Positions 1 through 12,250 of a DNA stretch of 64,000 nt are shown here, one piece after another. Position 1 is the first letter of the stretch. Every line of letters begins with the position of its first letter. Under the pieces are notes generated by a model, which saw only the letters and a list, made by a program, of their open reading frames with translations, was not told the DNA's origin and did not search any database. The translations under genes were made by a program, and so were the position numbers. The DNA is from Sphyrna mokarran (taxonomy: Eukaryota), in assembly GCA_024679065.1 (NCBI GenBank), contig JAGIQG010000023.1, positions 43,710,001 to 43,774,000 on the forward strand. The letters run 5' to 3'.

Positions 1-278
1 ACAGTCAGAGATTGCTGATTAGAATGCGAATCCTTACATCTAATACATTGAATAGCAGGTTAGATGTAAGGATTTGCATTCTAATCAGCAATCTCTGACT
101 GTCTGTGCTGATGTGTGCTATTGCAGACCAGAACACTGCACTTGCCTGATGAAGACACGGGAGTGTTGAAAGCTCGCTATTTTACTATCAAATACATCGG
201 TTGGATTAATAATTGGTGTTGCTAAATTCTTACTGAGTTCTTACCACTCCAATCCAACGCCGGCATCTTTACATCATT
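1..278 (+). mobile_element. Penelope-like element pseudo-LTR (family A) with fold-back and hammerhead motif
   Basis: Similar to the 3' region of the GIY-YIG-encoding copy at 51370-51910. Ends in ccaatccaacgccggcatctttacatca. Contains a 43-bp inverted repeat. Confidence 0.8.
142..179 (+). ncRNA. Minimal hammerhead ribozyme motif (weak stem I)
   Basis: CTGATGA 146-152, extra A, stem II GACAC/GTGTT, GAAA 168-171, GCTC. Stem I is only about 2-3 bp. Confidence 0.55.
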
Positions 279-548
279 AATAGGTGGAAGCAGGAAGGAA
301 CTAAAATGAGCAAAATGGCATGTTCTATAGTCAGACCACCAGAGGGAAATGTAAGCATTTGATTATCATTGAGCAAGGCCATACCATGCTTATTTGTGTT
401 ATGATACCAGTAGAGAGTGATCGTGTTCAAAAAGGAATTTGATTCCTAATGACGAACATAAGGTAATTTCAAGACAAGATTTGGGATTTTCATGTTAACT
501 AACAAACTATAAGAAACATTGTCTCTGTAAATATTGTTTAGTTAATGT

Positions 549-845
549 GGGCAGCACAATGCCACAAACATAACATAGAACATTATAGCACAGTACAGAT
601 CGTTAGGCCCTTGATGTCATGCCAAGCTTTGGCTTGGGTCACTGTCTGTGGGAGTCTGCATGTTCTCCTTGTCTGCTCTGGTTTCCTTACACAATACAAA
701 AGGTGTGCTGGTTAGGTGCATTGGTTAAATTCTTCCTCGGTATACCCAAACAGATGCCAGAGTGTGGCGACTAGAGGATTTTCACAGTAACTTGATTGCA
801 GTGTTAATATAAGCCTTACTTGTGACTAATAAATAAATGTTAACT
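549..845 (+). mobile_element. HE1-like tRNA-derived SINE, tail type 2
   Basis: Body gggtcactgtctgtg...tttcc; tail cagtaacttgattgcagtgttaat...aataaataaa. A short inverted CR1 tail is inserted at about 570-628. Confidence 0.8.
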
Positions 846-1014
846 TGTACTCTAAACGGCTGCCTGGCTACTGTAACAAAAAACTCCCTCTGATATTCTA
901 TTCCTTAAGTAGATATTTTATACCCTGGTTGGTGTGAAAAAGTGGCTATAGTAGTGAAAAAAGGAAATGTTACAAATTTAGTAATAAATAACAATATTTC
1001 TTTGGTCATTCCAG

Positions 1015-1168
1015 AGCTTTGCAATCCATTATGTGACTGGTGATTTGTTCAAATGTCCAGCGCAGAATGCATTGGCTCACTGCATCAGTGAAGACTGTCG
1101 TATGGGGGCAGGGATAGCGTGCTCATTCAAGAAGAAGTTTCAATCCGTCAATGAACTGCTGAATCAGA
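1015..1168 (+). CDS. OARD1: OARD1/TARG1 internal coding exon (first identified in window)
   Basis: Acceptor ttccag at 1014 and donor gtaaga at 1169. Translates [51 protein letters not shown], matching the recalled human OARD1 segment YVKGDLF...[21 protein letters not shown]. No start codon found; upstream exon(s) not identified in the window. Confidence 0.95.
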
Positions 1169-2109
1169 GTAAGATATTAGTCATTGGAGAAATAAGTGAA
1201 TTAACTTATTGAAATTCATATGTTTGTCAAAGGTTTAACTCTACCCCAAATTCTTAAAAATCATTCAACTTTTTTCGGAAGTGAATGTGTGGCTAATTTT
1301 CCAGTATTTACACATGCATATAATTGTTACAAAAATTTAGCAGAAGCCTAAAATAATCATGCTATATTCTCCTCAGAAATAAGTTGCTGAAATGATGACT
1401 ATAATTACTTAAATGGTTTGGCATTTCTGTGGAGAGTAACTCACCACCTGCCTCCATAAAGTCTGTCCATCAGTGACAAGGCACACGTCAAGACTGTAAT
1501 GGTATATTGTGTGTAACCTGCATGAGCGCAACCCCAACAACACTTGAGCACATCTAGGACAAAGCAGCCCACTGAAGCACAGTGGGAGCAGTGTGTGCCA
1601 TCTACAGCAGCAACTCACCAAGACTCCTTCAATAGCATCTCAAAGCCATGAGCTTGACCTTAAAGACATGGTTAGCCAACACATGAGAACACCACTACCT
1701 ACAAGTTCCCTTCCAAACTATGACTTGGAGCTACACCACCTTTCCTAACAGCCTTGTGGGTATGTGTATACTACATGGACTGCCCCAGTTCGAGAAGTTG
1801 CCTTGCCACCACCATCTCAAAGACATTTAGAAATGGACAGTAAGTGCTGGCCTCCCTGAATGAATTAAGACAAATATTATGATCTAGTAAGAGATTTGTA
1901 TCAGTGAGACATGACCTCTACCCTCTGTTTTTCAGTCTTCTACATATAAAAGTGATTAATTGTATGGACTTCTTTCATTATCTGTACCAATTTCTTCATC
2001 CACAGGATGATAAATGTGTGGAATTCACTATTTAACAGTAATGTCTGTGTGCAAGGCATTTATTGTCTATTAAAAAGATCAATTTTTAAGGTGTGATTTT
2101 TCTTCACAG

Positions 2110-2168
2110 AAAAGACAACTGGGGATGTGGCAGTGCTGAAGAAAAAGCAAAGATACATTTACTACTTG
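2110..2168 (+). CDS. OARD1: OARD1 coding exon (59 nt)
   Basis: Acceptor ttttcttcacag and donor gtaatg. Continues in phase as KKTTGDVAVLKKKQRYIYYL (human [20 protein letters not shown]). Confidence 0.95.
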
Positions 2169-2339
2169 GTAATGAAGAGAATTTGAGCACTGGAATTATT
2201 TATTTGAAGAATTTAAAATTCACAAGATGTAGAATAAGTATATTAACCCTTTATCTCATTGTCTGAAGACTCCTTCCGTTACTTGTACTTTTGATTTAGT
2301 GGATTGTATTTACTGTTCGCTGTGCATTCTCTTTGATGG

Positions 2340-2872
2340 GGGTGGATTTGGTGCCATTGTGGAGGAAGACCTTGGTTCTGAAGCATGACTCAGACTTCCC
2401 AGTAGCGCGCCATTTCTGTTCACCATTGTGCTGTCATATCCACGTTTCTGTCCTTGGCCTGCTAAATGTTCCGGTGAAGGCTAACACCAACTAGAGGAAC
2501 AGCATTTCATCTCCTGATTAGATGTTTTGCATCTGGAGTCAACATTGAGTTCAGCAACTCCAGAGCATGAATTCTGCCCTCTATTTTTCCCCCAGTGTCA
2601 GTCTACATTTTGTTCTTGTAGTCTTGTTTTCAAATGATCTTTATTCTGCATTTAATATCTACTCTGCACCAGTGCTTGTTTACTGATATCATTACCATTT
2701 GCTTTGTCTTGTCCCATGACATCCCTGATATTTAATTTCCCTTGCCCTCTAAACTATCCCTGATCTTATCTTTTCATCCCTCTTGCTTTTTCAATTATGA
2801 GGAACATAAAACCTATCTCATTTCCACCTCAGTTCAGTTCAGAAAGTAAAATCATACAGGACTTGAAATGTT
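2340..2872 (+). mobile_element. Decayed Penelope-like element (family B): GIY-YIG tail plus pseudo-LTR
   Basis: Frameshifted remnants LPVARHF...SVLGLL...LEEQHFI...GVNIEFSNSR, followed by a pyrimidine-rich UTR. Confidence 0.6.
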
Positions 2873-2927
2873 GGATGGAATTTTCCTCTGAGGCCTAAGC
2901 CCAGTAGTGAGGGAAAGCCAGTGAATT

Positions 2928-3180
2928 TTCTACTGTGCTGACACATGGATTTGGGCCTGTGTCCGCAGGAGTTTGCGAGTTCTCCCCGTGGTTGCGTGGG
3001 TTTCCTCCGGATGCTCCGGTTTCCTCCCACATCCCAAAAATGTGCTCTTAGGCTGATTGGGTAACAAATTGTCCCTATATGGGAATCTTCAACAATAGTC
3101 ATTAAGACGTTGGGACGGTGGCGTGGGCTCGTTGGGCCGAAGGGCCTGTTTCCCGTGCTGTGTTGCTCTTTGTTCTTTGT
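2928..3180 (+). mobile_element. HE1-like SINE, tail type 3 ending (TCTTTGT)n
   Basis: Shared SINE core with a distinct tail also seen at 10162-10470 (-), 15030-15120 (-) and 30419-30608 (+). Confidence 0.75.
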
Positions 3181-5280
3181 ACTGGTGGGAGGATGGGTGA
3201 ACCCCCGTGTGCTTTTCAACTCAGTAATCTGAGGGAGCTTGGCAAATCTTGTGGTAAATGTGGGCAGGAAGTCAGCCATCATGCATTGTCACATGGCGTT
3301 GAAAGTCCTGGTGCCATACTTGAAGGATGCGGGGACAGACATTCAGTCATTGCAGGCCAAGCATTTTGTTGGTCTGAGCTTCCGCAGTTTGTCTTAGAGA
3401 GACTGGCAGATGTGAGCATCCACATCCTGGGACATACAAGGATGGATTTGGCATTGATTGCATCCCACCAGTCATGCTCTGAGAAGCATTCTACCTCCCT
3501 CTATCCCTGCCCTGATTGCAGCTGATGGCAAATAGCACAAAATGAGTGGCAGCTTCATACCTTGCTATGACCTTTATGAGCCCCATGAGTTGGGAACAAA
3601 CCTGTACCAATGCAGGCTTAACCATAGGTGATCACAAATGAGCATTTGAGATTCTGTTGTCACATAATTTGATCCTAAACTTCACTCACCAAAACGATCC
3701 TCATCCCACCTCAAGGAATCTCACTAACAGCGTAGTCAAGATCGGTTTTGAAAAATGGTGTTATCATCTTTTCAAACTCACTTCCCCACTATCTACTCTT
3801 GCTTTATCACCCACCACCTTGTTACTCTACCCTTAACCCACCCAATATCAGTATTCCTCTTCTCTCTCTGTCACTCTTGAACTTCATCCCCTGTTACTTT
3901 GGATCCGATAGTTATCCGTCTCCACATGCATTCCCTCCCATCAGAGTCACCACGTGTTACCATCCCCATGTCCACCTCCCCCCATACAATGAAACATTGG
4001 CCTACCAGACTCTCTGGTTTGCCATTGTTCTCCTCTCCCTTCCCTTCCCTAGGAACTCGTTCACACTTCTGGAAGTCTGCCTCTGCTCCATCTTGCCCGT
4101 GGCAGCACTTGATAGCAGTGAAGTGATGCCAAGGTGCCTAAGAAATAAAGTTGAGACTTGGGTCCAATTGAAAATTTATTCAGCATGGCATTAAGGGGAT
4201 GGAACAAAGATAGGTAAAGAGTTATGATTTAGATTGGCTGATTGAATGCAAAGATGAAAAGTTGTCCTTTATATGGTCCCCTGAAGGGTACAGGGTTTTA
4301 ATTAAGTCACTGAAGGCCTGTTCCTGTGCTGTAATTTTCTTTGTTCTTTATATGGCATAAGCTTGAGGAGCCAAATGGCCTTTTTCTAGTTTCTAATATG
4401 CAGTGCAATGCAAATTTATAGAAATTTTTAAAATTGGCCATTTTGAGAAATGAAAGTATGTCCCCTGCCTCTCCTTAGCTTGTCAATCTGACAAATTTTG
4501 CATTAGTAATTTTTTTTAGTTGAATTCATCCTGCTCATTTTTTTTTAAAAAAAATCCAGCAGCTGAACAGAGCTGAGGGACAGCTGAGTTTATTTTTGTG
4601 TGGTAGATGGATGATAATCACAACTTGTTAAGGACTTGTTGCTCTTTTATTTTGTACAAATGTTGTATTTAGCAGTTGGGTAGGACAGAATTCTCCAGCC
4701 ACTCTGTCTAAAGCCCAGAAATTCCTGCCCAGCTGTCAATGGGGTTTCACGTTCACAACCTGCTGGCTAAAATTCCAGTGGTGGGCGGGATTGGAGAATT
4801 CTAGCCATTGTGTTTGTTTGTACAGTCAATGTTGTACTCATGTTCAAAGAAATGGTTCACTTTTAAGCCTGGTACTAATCAATCCTGAACTCTTGTTTCA
4901 CACAACATCAAGCAGACTTCCTAGCATGTTATGCTAAATGCCAAATGCATGGCCCAGATTTTGTTACAATCATAATTGGGTCAAATTCCTGAAATTTCTT
5001 CCTAATAGCACTGTGGGTGTATCTACATCTCAGCGACTGCATCATTTCAAGAAGGCTGCCCACCATCACCACTTTGGCCCACTAGGGATGGGCAATAAAT
5101 GCTGACCTGGTAACATCTGCATTTCTGTAAATGAATTTTTAAAAAAGCAAAAGAAAAAGTCTTGCATTTATGTAGTAACTTTCAAGACAGTTGAATACCT
5201 TTTGAAATGTAGTTACTGTTATGGGGAAAGCAGTAGCCTATTTGCACACAGCAAGATCCCAGAACTGCAGCGAGTGGCTT

Positions 5281-5412
5281 AATCTGAAATAAAAACAAGA
5301 AAAGCTGGAGAAAGTTAATGGTTCAGGTCATTGGCCTGAAATGTTTACTGTTTATCTGTACAGATGCTTCCTGTCTGGTGAGTAAATCCAGCACTTTGTC
5401 TTTACTTTCTAA
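5281..5412. mobile_element. Fold-back Penelope family-B pseudo-LTR fragment
   Basis: Imperfect inverted repeat centred on ttcaggtca-t-tggcctgaa. Related to 17345-17470 and 31288-31412. Confidence 0.5.
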
Positions 5413-5797
5413 ATCTGCTCTTAATGGTTGAGGGGTAAACATTGACCAACACAATAGCATAAAGTCCTAAAGACATGTCATGATCCTAAAATAATGCATT
5501 GCCACACGATTTGTATGGCAGAGTGCCAAGGAGGAATAGTTTCCATTGCTGCAAGGTGCTTTACTGCATTTTGCTGTAGTTGTGCTAAGAGGTTGCAATA
5601 CCATTGTTCAGCATTTCTCCACCCAAGGCAGTATAATGTGAAATTTCCAAACACAGATAGGTTGTGCTTCACTGTGATGCACATTAATCTCTTTTAATCT
5701 TATTTTGATTTAATGATTTCAAGAATATAAAAAGCCATTTGTAAAGTATGTTTGGTGTTTTAAATAGATGTTAAACTATTAAGAATAGCTTTGTTTT

Positions 5798-6045
5798 TCA
5801 ACTCAGCACCAGGGACCCTGGTTCAATTACCAGCTTGACTCTGCACATTCTCCCAGGTGTTCTAGTTTCATCCCACAGTCCATAGATGTGTGGGTCAGGT
5901 GGATTGGCAATGCTAAATTGCCCCTTATTGTCGGGGAGAAGAGCTAGGGTAAATACTAGGGTTATGGGGATAGGGCCTGAGTGGGATTGTGGTCGGTGCA
6001 GACTCAATGGGCTCAATAATGTCCTTCTACACTGTATGGTTCTAA
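5798..6045 (+). mobile_element. HE1-like SINE, tail type 1 (CR1-like)
   Basis: B box ggttcaatt, core gctaaattgcccc, tail ggtgcagactcaatgggc...ttcta. Confidence 0.8.
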
Positions 6046-6149
6046 GTATTTAATAGCCACTCATCATTGCATTGCTTATGCCATGTGAGTTACAAGGACA
6101 TTTAAACTGAATATTGCTTGATTGATATCAAGTGGTTTTATATTTGCAG

Positions 6150-6262
6150 ATTACAAAGCAGAAGTACTATCAAAAGCCAACTTATGACTCTCTGCAGAGC
6201 AGCCTGGAGGCCATGAAGAGACACTGCCTGAACAATGAAGTCACGCACATCTCAATGCCCAG
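6150..6262 (+). CDS. OARD1: OARD1 coding exon (113 nt), carries the catalytic Lys
   Basis: Acceptor tatttgcag and donor gtacaa. Translates [38 protein letters not shown]; the K of LITK corresponds to human K84. Confidence 0.95.
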
Positions 6263-7599
6263 GTACAAATTGGAAATTTAAATTGGTTTTGCCCACTTTT
6301 CCATTTATCAAATTTCTTGTTTGCCTCATTAGAAAAAAAAACAAGCTAGGTCTTGAAATATACACCCACAGTGCAACAACTTTATATATTAATTGAACCT
6401 TGTAGAGGGCAAAGACGTTGACCAATAATGGTGTTCATTCACAATAACCAAAAGCAGCGTCTAAAGACTGTTGCTTCAATCTACTGAAGCCTAAAGTTCT
6501 GAAGATTGATCTGATCACATCATATATTCTATATTGCCACTAACCTAGGTGAGAGAAATTGTGCAGATTGGAAGGAGAGACTTAAACAGTGAGAGGGATC
6601 AGGTGATGGGAGAATTAAAAGCAATAGAGCAGGGATTTGGCTACAGATAAGAGGGAGCAGAGTTTAACAATAATAATGTATCAGTGAATATGGTTCATGT
6701 CAAGAATAGTTTTAAAAAAAAAGACACTTTCTGGACTAGGCATTAAGATAAACAAGTGACACAAATGTAGATTAAATTGCTTAGATTCAGGTGCCGTTTC
6801 AGAAACATGGGATAGAATTATTCCATGCTGTTACTATGAGAACAATGGCGAGTGGAGGAGGAAAAATTCAACAGGAGGCCTACAAAATCAGTTTTGCGTT
6901 GGTGTTTAATGACGGCAGTATCTTCCATGGGGGATTGGGCCTCGTGTTGGAGGCCTACTGATTTGAATTCCACAAATGCAATACAGCTGCCTGATGCTCT
7001 GCAACACTAGCAAGAATACACCAGTTCAAAACAAGCCTTTGGCAGAGCATACACTGCTATCTGTGGATGAGAAGTTCCAAGTTTGAATCCAACACCAGAA
7101 CAGAAGGAAGGTTCACAACACAGTTTAGTAGGCTGATAATCAGCTCAAATCCTTCCACCATTTCCCCCAGTGGGTGTAAAGATGCTCTAAACAAAAAGGT
7201 GGCATGCAAAAGTTGGGACTTGCCTGACTAAGGCCTAGGGCTGCCTCCAGTGTTTGTGATGGAGACTGCCAATGACCTTGGACCCTGGAACAACACAATA
7301 CAGGGAGGATGGGCATATGTCAAATAGCTCTTCCAGTTTCAGTCACTAAAGAGATCCATCCTTTTCAATGACATTGGGCATCTTTTTAAATATGACAACC
7401 AGATATAATGGCAGGATGAGTGCCATCAAGCCAGCACCACTACAGGATGGAGCAAGGTTCTGAAATGCATTATCAAGAACAAAAGATGTGACATGGTCAC
7501 CTGATGCCCTCTGTAGCAGGAAACACTCCCTGTCCCTTCCCCTGTCCTGGGACTTAACCCCAGATGGCAGAATTCTGCCCATGGTTACAAGGTGACTTT

Positions 7600-9995
7600 G
7601 GAAAATAAATATTCCAGGACACCCAACATTTTGAAAAGATATGTGAAATATAAAAGGAGGAAAAGCCTTGATAGTAAAAACTAATGTAAGAATAATCAGG
7701 AGAGAGAAATCGAAGTGCCATTGGTTTGAATAAATAATAGAAATAATTAAGGTCAGGTGGGAGTAACTTGCCCTGGAACAGAGCGTCAAGCAAGAAATAA
7801 TTTGAACAAAGGCAGTGCAATAATTATGATCTTTAATTTTAATGTAGACTGGATAAATCAAATTAGCAAAGGTGGTTTGGACAGTGAGTTTGTAGAATAC
7901 TTTTAGACAGTTTCCTGGAACAGTACATTGTGGGACTAACTAGGTTTAACAAGTTAAACTGGATTTAATTTGCATCATTATGACAGATCTGGTGGAAAAA
8001 TGTGGTCATAATACAATTGAATTCAAAATTAAACTTGAGCATCCTACTCCAGTCCCAAAGAAGAATCTGAATTATGTAATTGACTTTGTTTACATTTGAG
8101 AGCTGTCTAAGGTTGATTTATAGACTAAAATATATAGTGGTAAATAAACAGGGAAACCTTTTAAAGAAACAATTCAAAATATGCCTCTCAGCACCAGGAG
8201 CGTGGGTTCAATTTCCAGCTTGTCAGTTTGTGTGCAGTTTGCACGCTCTCCCCGTACTGTGTGTGTTTCCTCCCATAGTCTGAATGACGTGCTGGTTAGA
8301 GGATTGACCTGAACAGACACCGGAGAGTGATGACATGGGAAATTTTGCAGTAACTTCATTGCAGTGTTAATGTAAGCCTTATTTGTGACTAATAAATAAA
8401 TTTTAACTTGCAATCAAAACAAAAACTCAACAAAGATTAATTTGTCACTTAGGACATTTAATAGGTTAAAAAAGCTTGTAGTAATGCTCAAAATGGAACT
8501 TGGCCTCAAAGGGAGAGTTCTAGAAACCAGTAAATGAAAAGGAGAGAATAATATAAATGTAGAAAGTGTACTAGCAGGAATATAAAACCAGATAAGATTT
8601 TTGACAAGAATATGAAAGGGCAATAAGTTGGTTCCTTAGAAGTTCAGATAACAGAAATGATCATGGAAATGAGGGAAAAAAGCAGCAACATTGAAATAGT
8701 ATGTCTGTCTTCAGTAGAAAATACTGGTTCTGGAATGCACTGTAAGGAAGTGCATTGCAGGTAAGTTCAATCGAGGCATTAGATGGTCATTTGAATGGAA
8801 ACCAAGGAGAACAAAGCAGGTGAATAGTCCTAAGTCATGTTCATTTGGACAGCCAGTGCAGACAATAGGCTGAATGTTATTGAGTGAGACATCAATGTTG
8901 TGATATCAATTACATACCAAAATAGAAGCTAATCAAGAAGCTCATAAGCTTAAATTATTCATTATTAGCAGAAGGAAATCTTATTGGAAAAATTAGAGGA
9001 CTGTGATGGACTGAGTGAGAAACATTAACTAGAGGAATAGAAAAGCAGTGGCAAATATTCAAACAGTGCATGGGTGAACATCAACAATTGTTTATTACTG
9101 TCTAGCATAGAAATGAAACAAAAGATGGCTAAGCCATGGCTTACAAGCAAAATTAGATGGTATTCGATCCCAGGAAGAGGCATACGTTTTGGCCAGAAAA
9201 AGAAACAGACCTGACGATTGCAAGCAGTTTAGAATTCAAAGGAGGAATAAAGGATTGATTAAGGGGAAAATAAGAGTACGTGGTAAGCTTGCCAGGAACA
9301 TAAGAACTGACTGTAAATGTTTCTGTACATATGTGAAGAGGAAAAGATTGAGGACTGCTAATGTACAAAGAACAAAAAATGTAGGTCCCTTACAGTGAGA
9401 CATGAATCTATAATGGGGAGCAAAAATACAGCTGATCACTAAATACTTAGTTCTGCCTTCACAAAGGAGGACACAAATAACATACCAGAATTGATGGAGA
9501 ACACAGTGGGAGAAACTGAAAGAAGAGTATTAGTAGCAAAATATTGGGGAAATTGGGGCTTTACCAGCCTTAAATCCCATGGCCTGATGACCTGCATCCC
9601 AGTGCATTTAAGAATGCAGACCCAGAAATAGTGATGGATGTGTCGATGGGGGAGGGTGGGTTTAGATAAGATGCTTGTTTGGTTCACTCTTGATGGGCTG
9701 AATGGCCATCCTCCTGCAATACAGGGATTCTATAGTTCAGTGTAATTTTTGTCAAGCTGAGTGAGCAAATGCAGGGCAGATAGTAAGCTTATGGAATTCA
9801 CTTCTACAGAAAGCAATTGAGGTTTTTAAACGTTTTCAAAGAGGAGTTGGATATAGTTCTTGGGATGAGGGAGATCAAAGGAGATGGGGGGAGGGGGGGG
9901 GAGAGGTGAAATCAAGCTATTGAGTTGGATAATCAGCCACACTCCTAATGGCACCGCAGGCTCAAAGCAGCAAATGGCCTACTCCTGTTTCTAAA
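7600..9995 (+). mobile_element. Heavily decayed CR1 ORF2 fragments
   Basis: Endonuclease/linker remnants (KPWLT, KLARNIRTDCKCFCTYVKRK, NVGPLQ) and a CR1 3' tail near 9900-9995; contains nested SINE and LINE pieces. Confidence 0.7.
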
Positions 9996-10679
9996 AGCCA
10001 ACAAATCCCCTCTATTTGATGCCCTACTTCCAGTTGGGAAATTGCTGAGATTTATTACTAAGGAAGTCTTAAAAGTGCACTGAGAAAATCAGTATAATCA
10101 GGCAGAATAAATGTGCTTTACAGAAGGAAAATTCTGTTTTGGTAAATTTTAAGTTTTTTTAGAATCAAAGAACAAAACAGCATGGGAAACAGGCCCTTCA
10201 GCCCAACGAGCCCACACCGCCACCCTGATGTTCCCACCTCTACTCATGATCCCTGTCCATATTTATGGATATAAAACCAAATTTGAGACAATTTAGGGAG
10301 AATTTGTTTTCCCAATTAGCCTAAGAGCACATCTTTGGGATGTGGGAGGAAACCGGAGCACCTGAAAACCCACGCAAGCATGGGGAGAATGTGCAAACTC
10401 CCACAGACACAGACCCAAATCCATGTATCTGCACAGCACAGCGATAGTCACTGAGCTATCATGTTGCCCATCAAATGGTCCAGGTCAAGCATACACTAAC
10501 AACGTGAAGCACTAGGATACTCAAAAAAAAAAATCCAAGAGCAGCCCTCCCATGACCCATCGCCTGTATGCCCCTCGTTAGACAACAAGGTGGACCAAAG
10601 CACCTGTAGGATAAAAACAAGTACATCAATATCATCTATTACACACTTCCCAGGGACTCCCAAGGCTCATGATCCCTAT

Positions 10680-11640
10680 TTTAAATTAGTTTTCTATACC
10701 CCTCCATTCCCATTCTGTTCATGTGTCCATCTAAGTATTTCTTAAATAACTCTAGAATGCCTGCCTCCACCACTTTACTTGGCAGTGCATTCCATACCCC
10801 CACCACCCTCTGTGTGGGGAAAAAAACTCCCTCTAGCATCCAAATTATACCTTACCCCCCTCACCCTAAGCTCGTGACCCCCTCGTGCTATTCGAGTCCA
10901 TCCTAGGAAAAAGCTTAACCCTGTTTACTCTATCTATACCCCTCAATCTTGTATACCTCTATTAGTTCTCCTCTAAGTCTGCATCTTTCTAAGGAAAACA
11001 GTCCCAATTTGCCTAACCTCTCCTCGTAACTCAGACCTTCCATACCAGACAGCATCCTGGTGAACCTCCTCTGCACTCTCTCCAGAGTCTCCACATCCTT
11101 CCGGTAGTAGGGTGACCAGAACTGGATGCAATATTCCAAATGAGGTCTAACCAACGTTTTATACAACTGCAACATTAAAGGCCAGTTCTTGTACTCTATG
11201 CCCCTTCCATATGCTTTCTTCACAACCTTCTCCACTTGCTCTGCCACCTTCAGAGACTTGTTCACCTGCACCCCCAGGTCCCTCTGTGTTTCTGTACTCT
11301 CAATAGGTCTACCCTTCATCATATACCTCCCCCCTACATTCTTTCTCCTGAAATGCATCACCTCACGTTTATCAAGATTGAATTCCATCTGTTCTGCCCA
11401 AGCTACCAGCCTATGTCCTGCTGCATTGCCTGACAATGCTCCTCACTATCCGCAAGTCCAGCCATTTTCATATCGTCTGCAAACTTGCTGATCACTCCAC
11501 TTACTCTCTCTTCCAAGTCATTTATATATATTACAAATAGAAGAGGTCCCTGTACCGAGCCCTGCAGCACACCACTAGTGACCAACCTCCAGCTAGAAAA
11601 ACACCCTTCCACTATTACACTGTCTCCTATTACCAAGCCT
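10680..11640 (-). mobile_element. CR1-clade LINE RT fragment
   Basis: ORFs 11403-11636 (GVLQGSVQGPLLF, KFADD) and 10930-11436 ([14 protein letters not shown]). Confidence 0.92.
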
Positions 11641-11644
11641 GTTA

Positions 11645-11950
11645 CAATTCCCTACAGAGCAGAAGCAGGCCATTTGGCCCATTGAGACTGCACTGACAAC
11701 AATCTCACCTAGGCCCTATCCTCTTAACCCAATGTATTTATCCTGCTAGTTCCCCTGAAAACCAACGAGCAATTTAGCATAGCCAATCAACCTAACCAGC
11801 TTTTCCTTGGAGAAGGGGAGGAAAACAGAGCATCCGGAGGAAACACATACATACTGGGAGAATGTGCAAGCTCCATACAGTGACCCAAGGCTAGAATCAA
11901 ACCCATGTCCCTGGCACTCAGGCAGCAGTGATAACCAATGTGCCATCATA
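11645..11950 (-). mobile_element. HE1-like SINE, type 1
   Basis: Full head, core and tail on the - strand. Confidence 0.8.
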
Positions 11951-12060
11951 TCACCATTCAGGATGTAACTATTTGGGGAAAAAAGGAAACCAGTAGATGT
12001 AACATACCTGGATTTCCAATCAATAAGATTATACCAAGGTGAATATGCAAGATAAGAACT

Positions 12061-12250
12061 CGTCGACTTTTCATTCTTGCGGCGTTTAGCAGGTGTTAGG
12101 GAAAATTCCCTGCTCGGCCCACCTGATGAAGGAATAGCCAATTCCGAAAGCTAGTGGCATTTGCTACAAATAAACCTGTTAGACTTTAACCTAGTGATGT
12201 GAGACTTCTTACTGTGCCTACTCCAATCCAACGCTGGCATCTCCACATTA
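12061..12250 (+). mobile_element. Penelope-like pseudo-LTR fragment (family A)
   Basis: aaataaacctgttagactttaacct...ccaatccaacgctggcatctccacat terminus shared with the other copies. Confidence 0.75.
12119..12157 (+). ncRNA. Minimal type I hammerhead ribozyme motif, intact core
   Basis: Stem I CCAC (12119-22)/GTGG (12154-57); CTGATGA 12123-29; extra A; stem II GGAAT/ATTCC; GAAA 12146-49; AGCT palindrome in place of stem III; predicted cleavage after CUA (12153). Confidence 0.75.

Noticed and set aside
3190-4200. ORFs 3118-3525 and 3748-4194
   Set aside because: Low-complexity or decayed repeat-like translations inside an OARD1 intron, with no recognisable domain.
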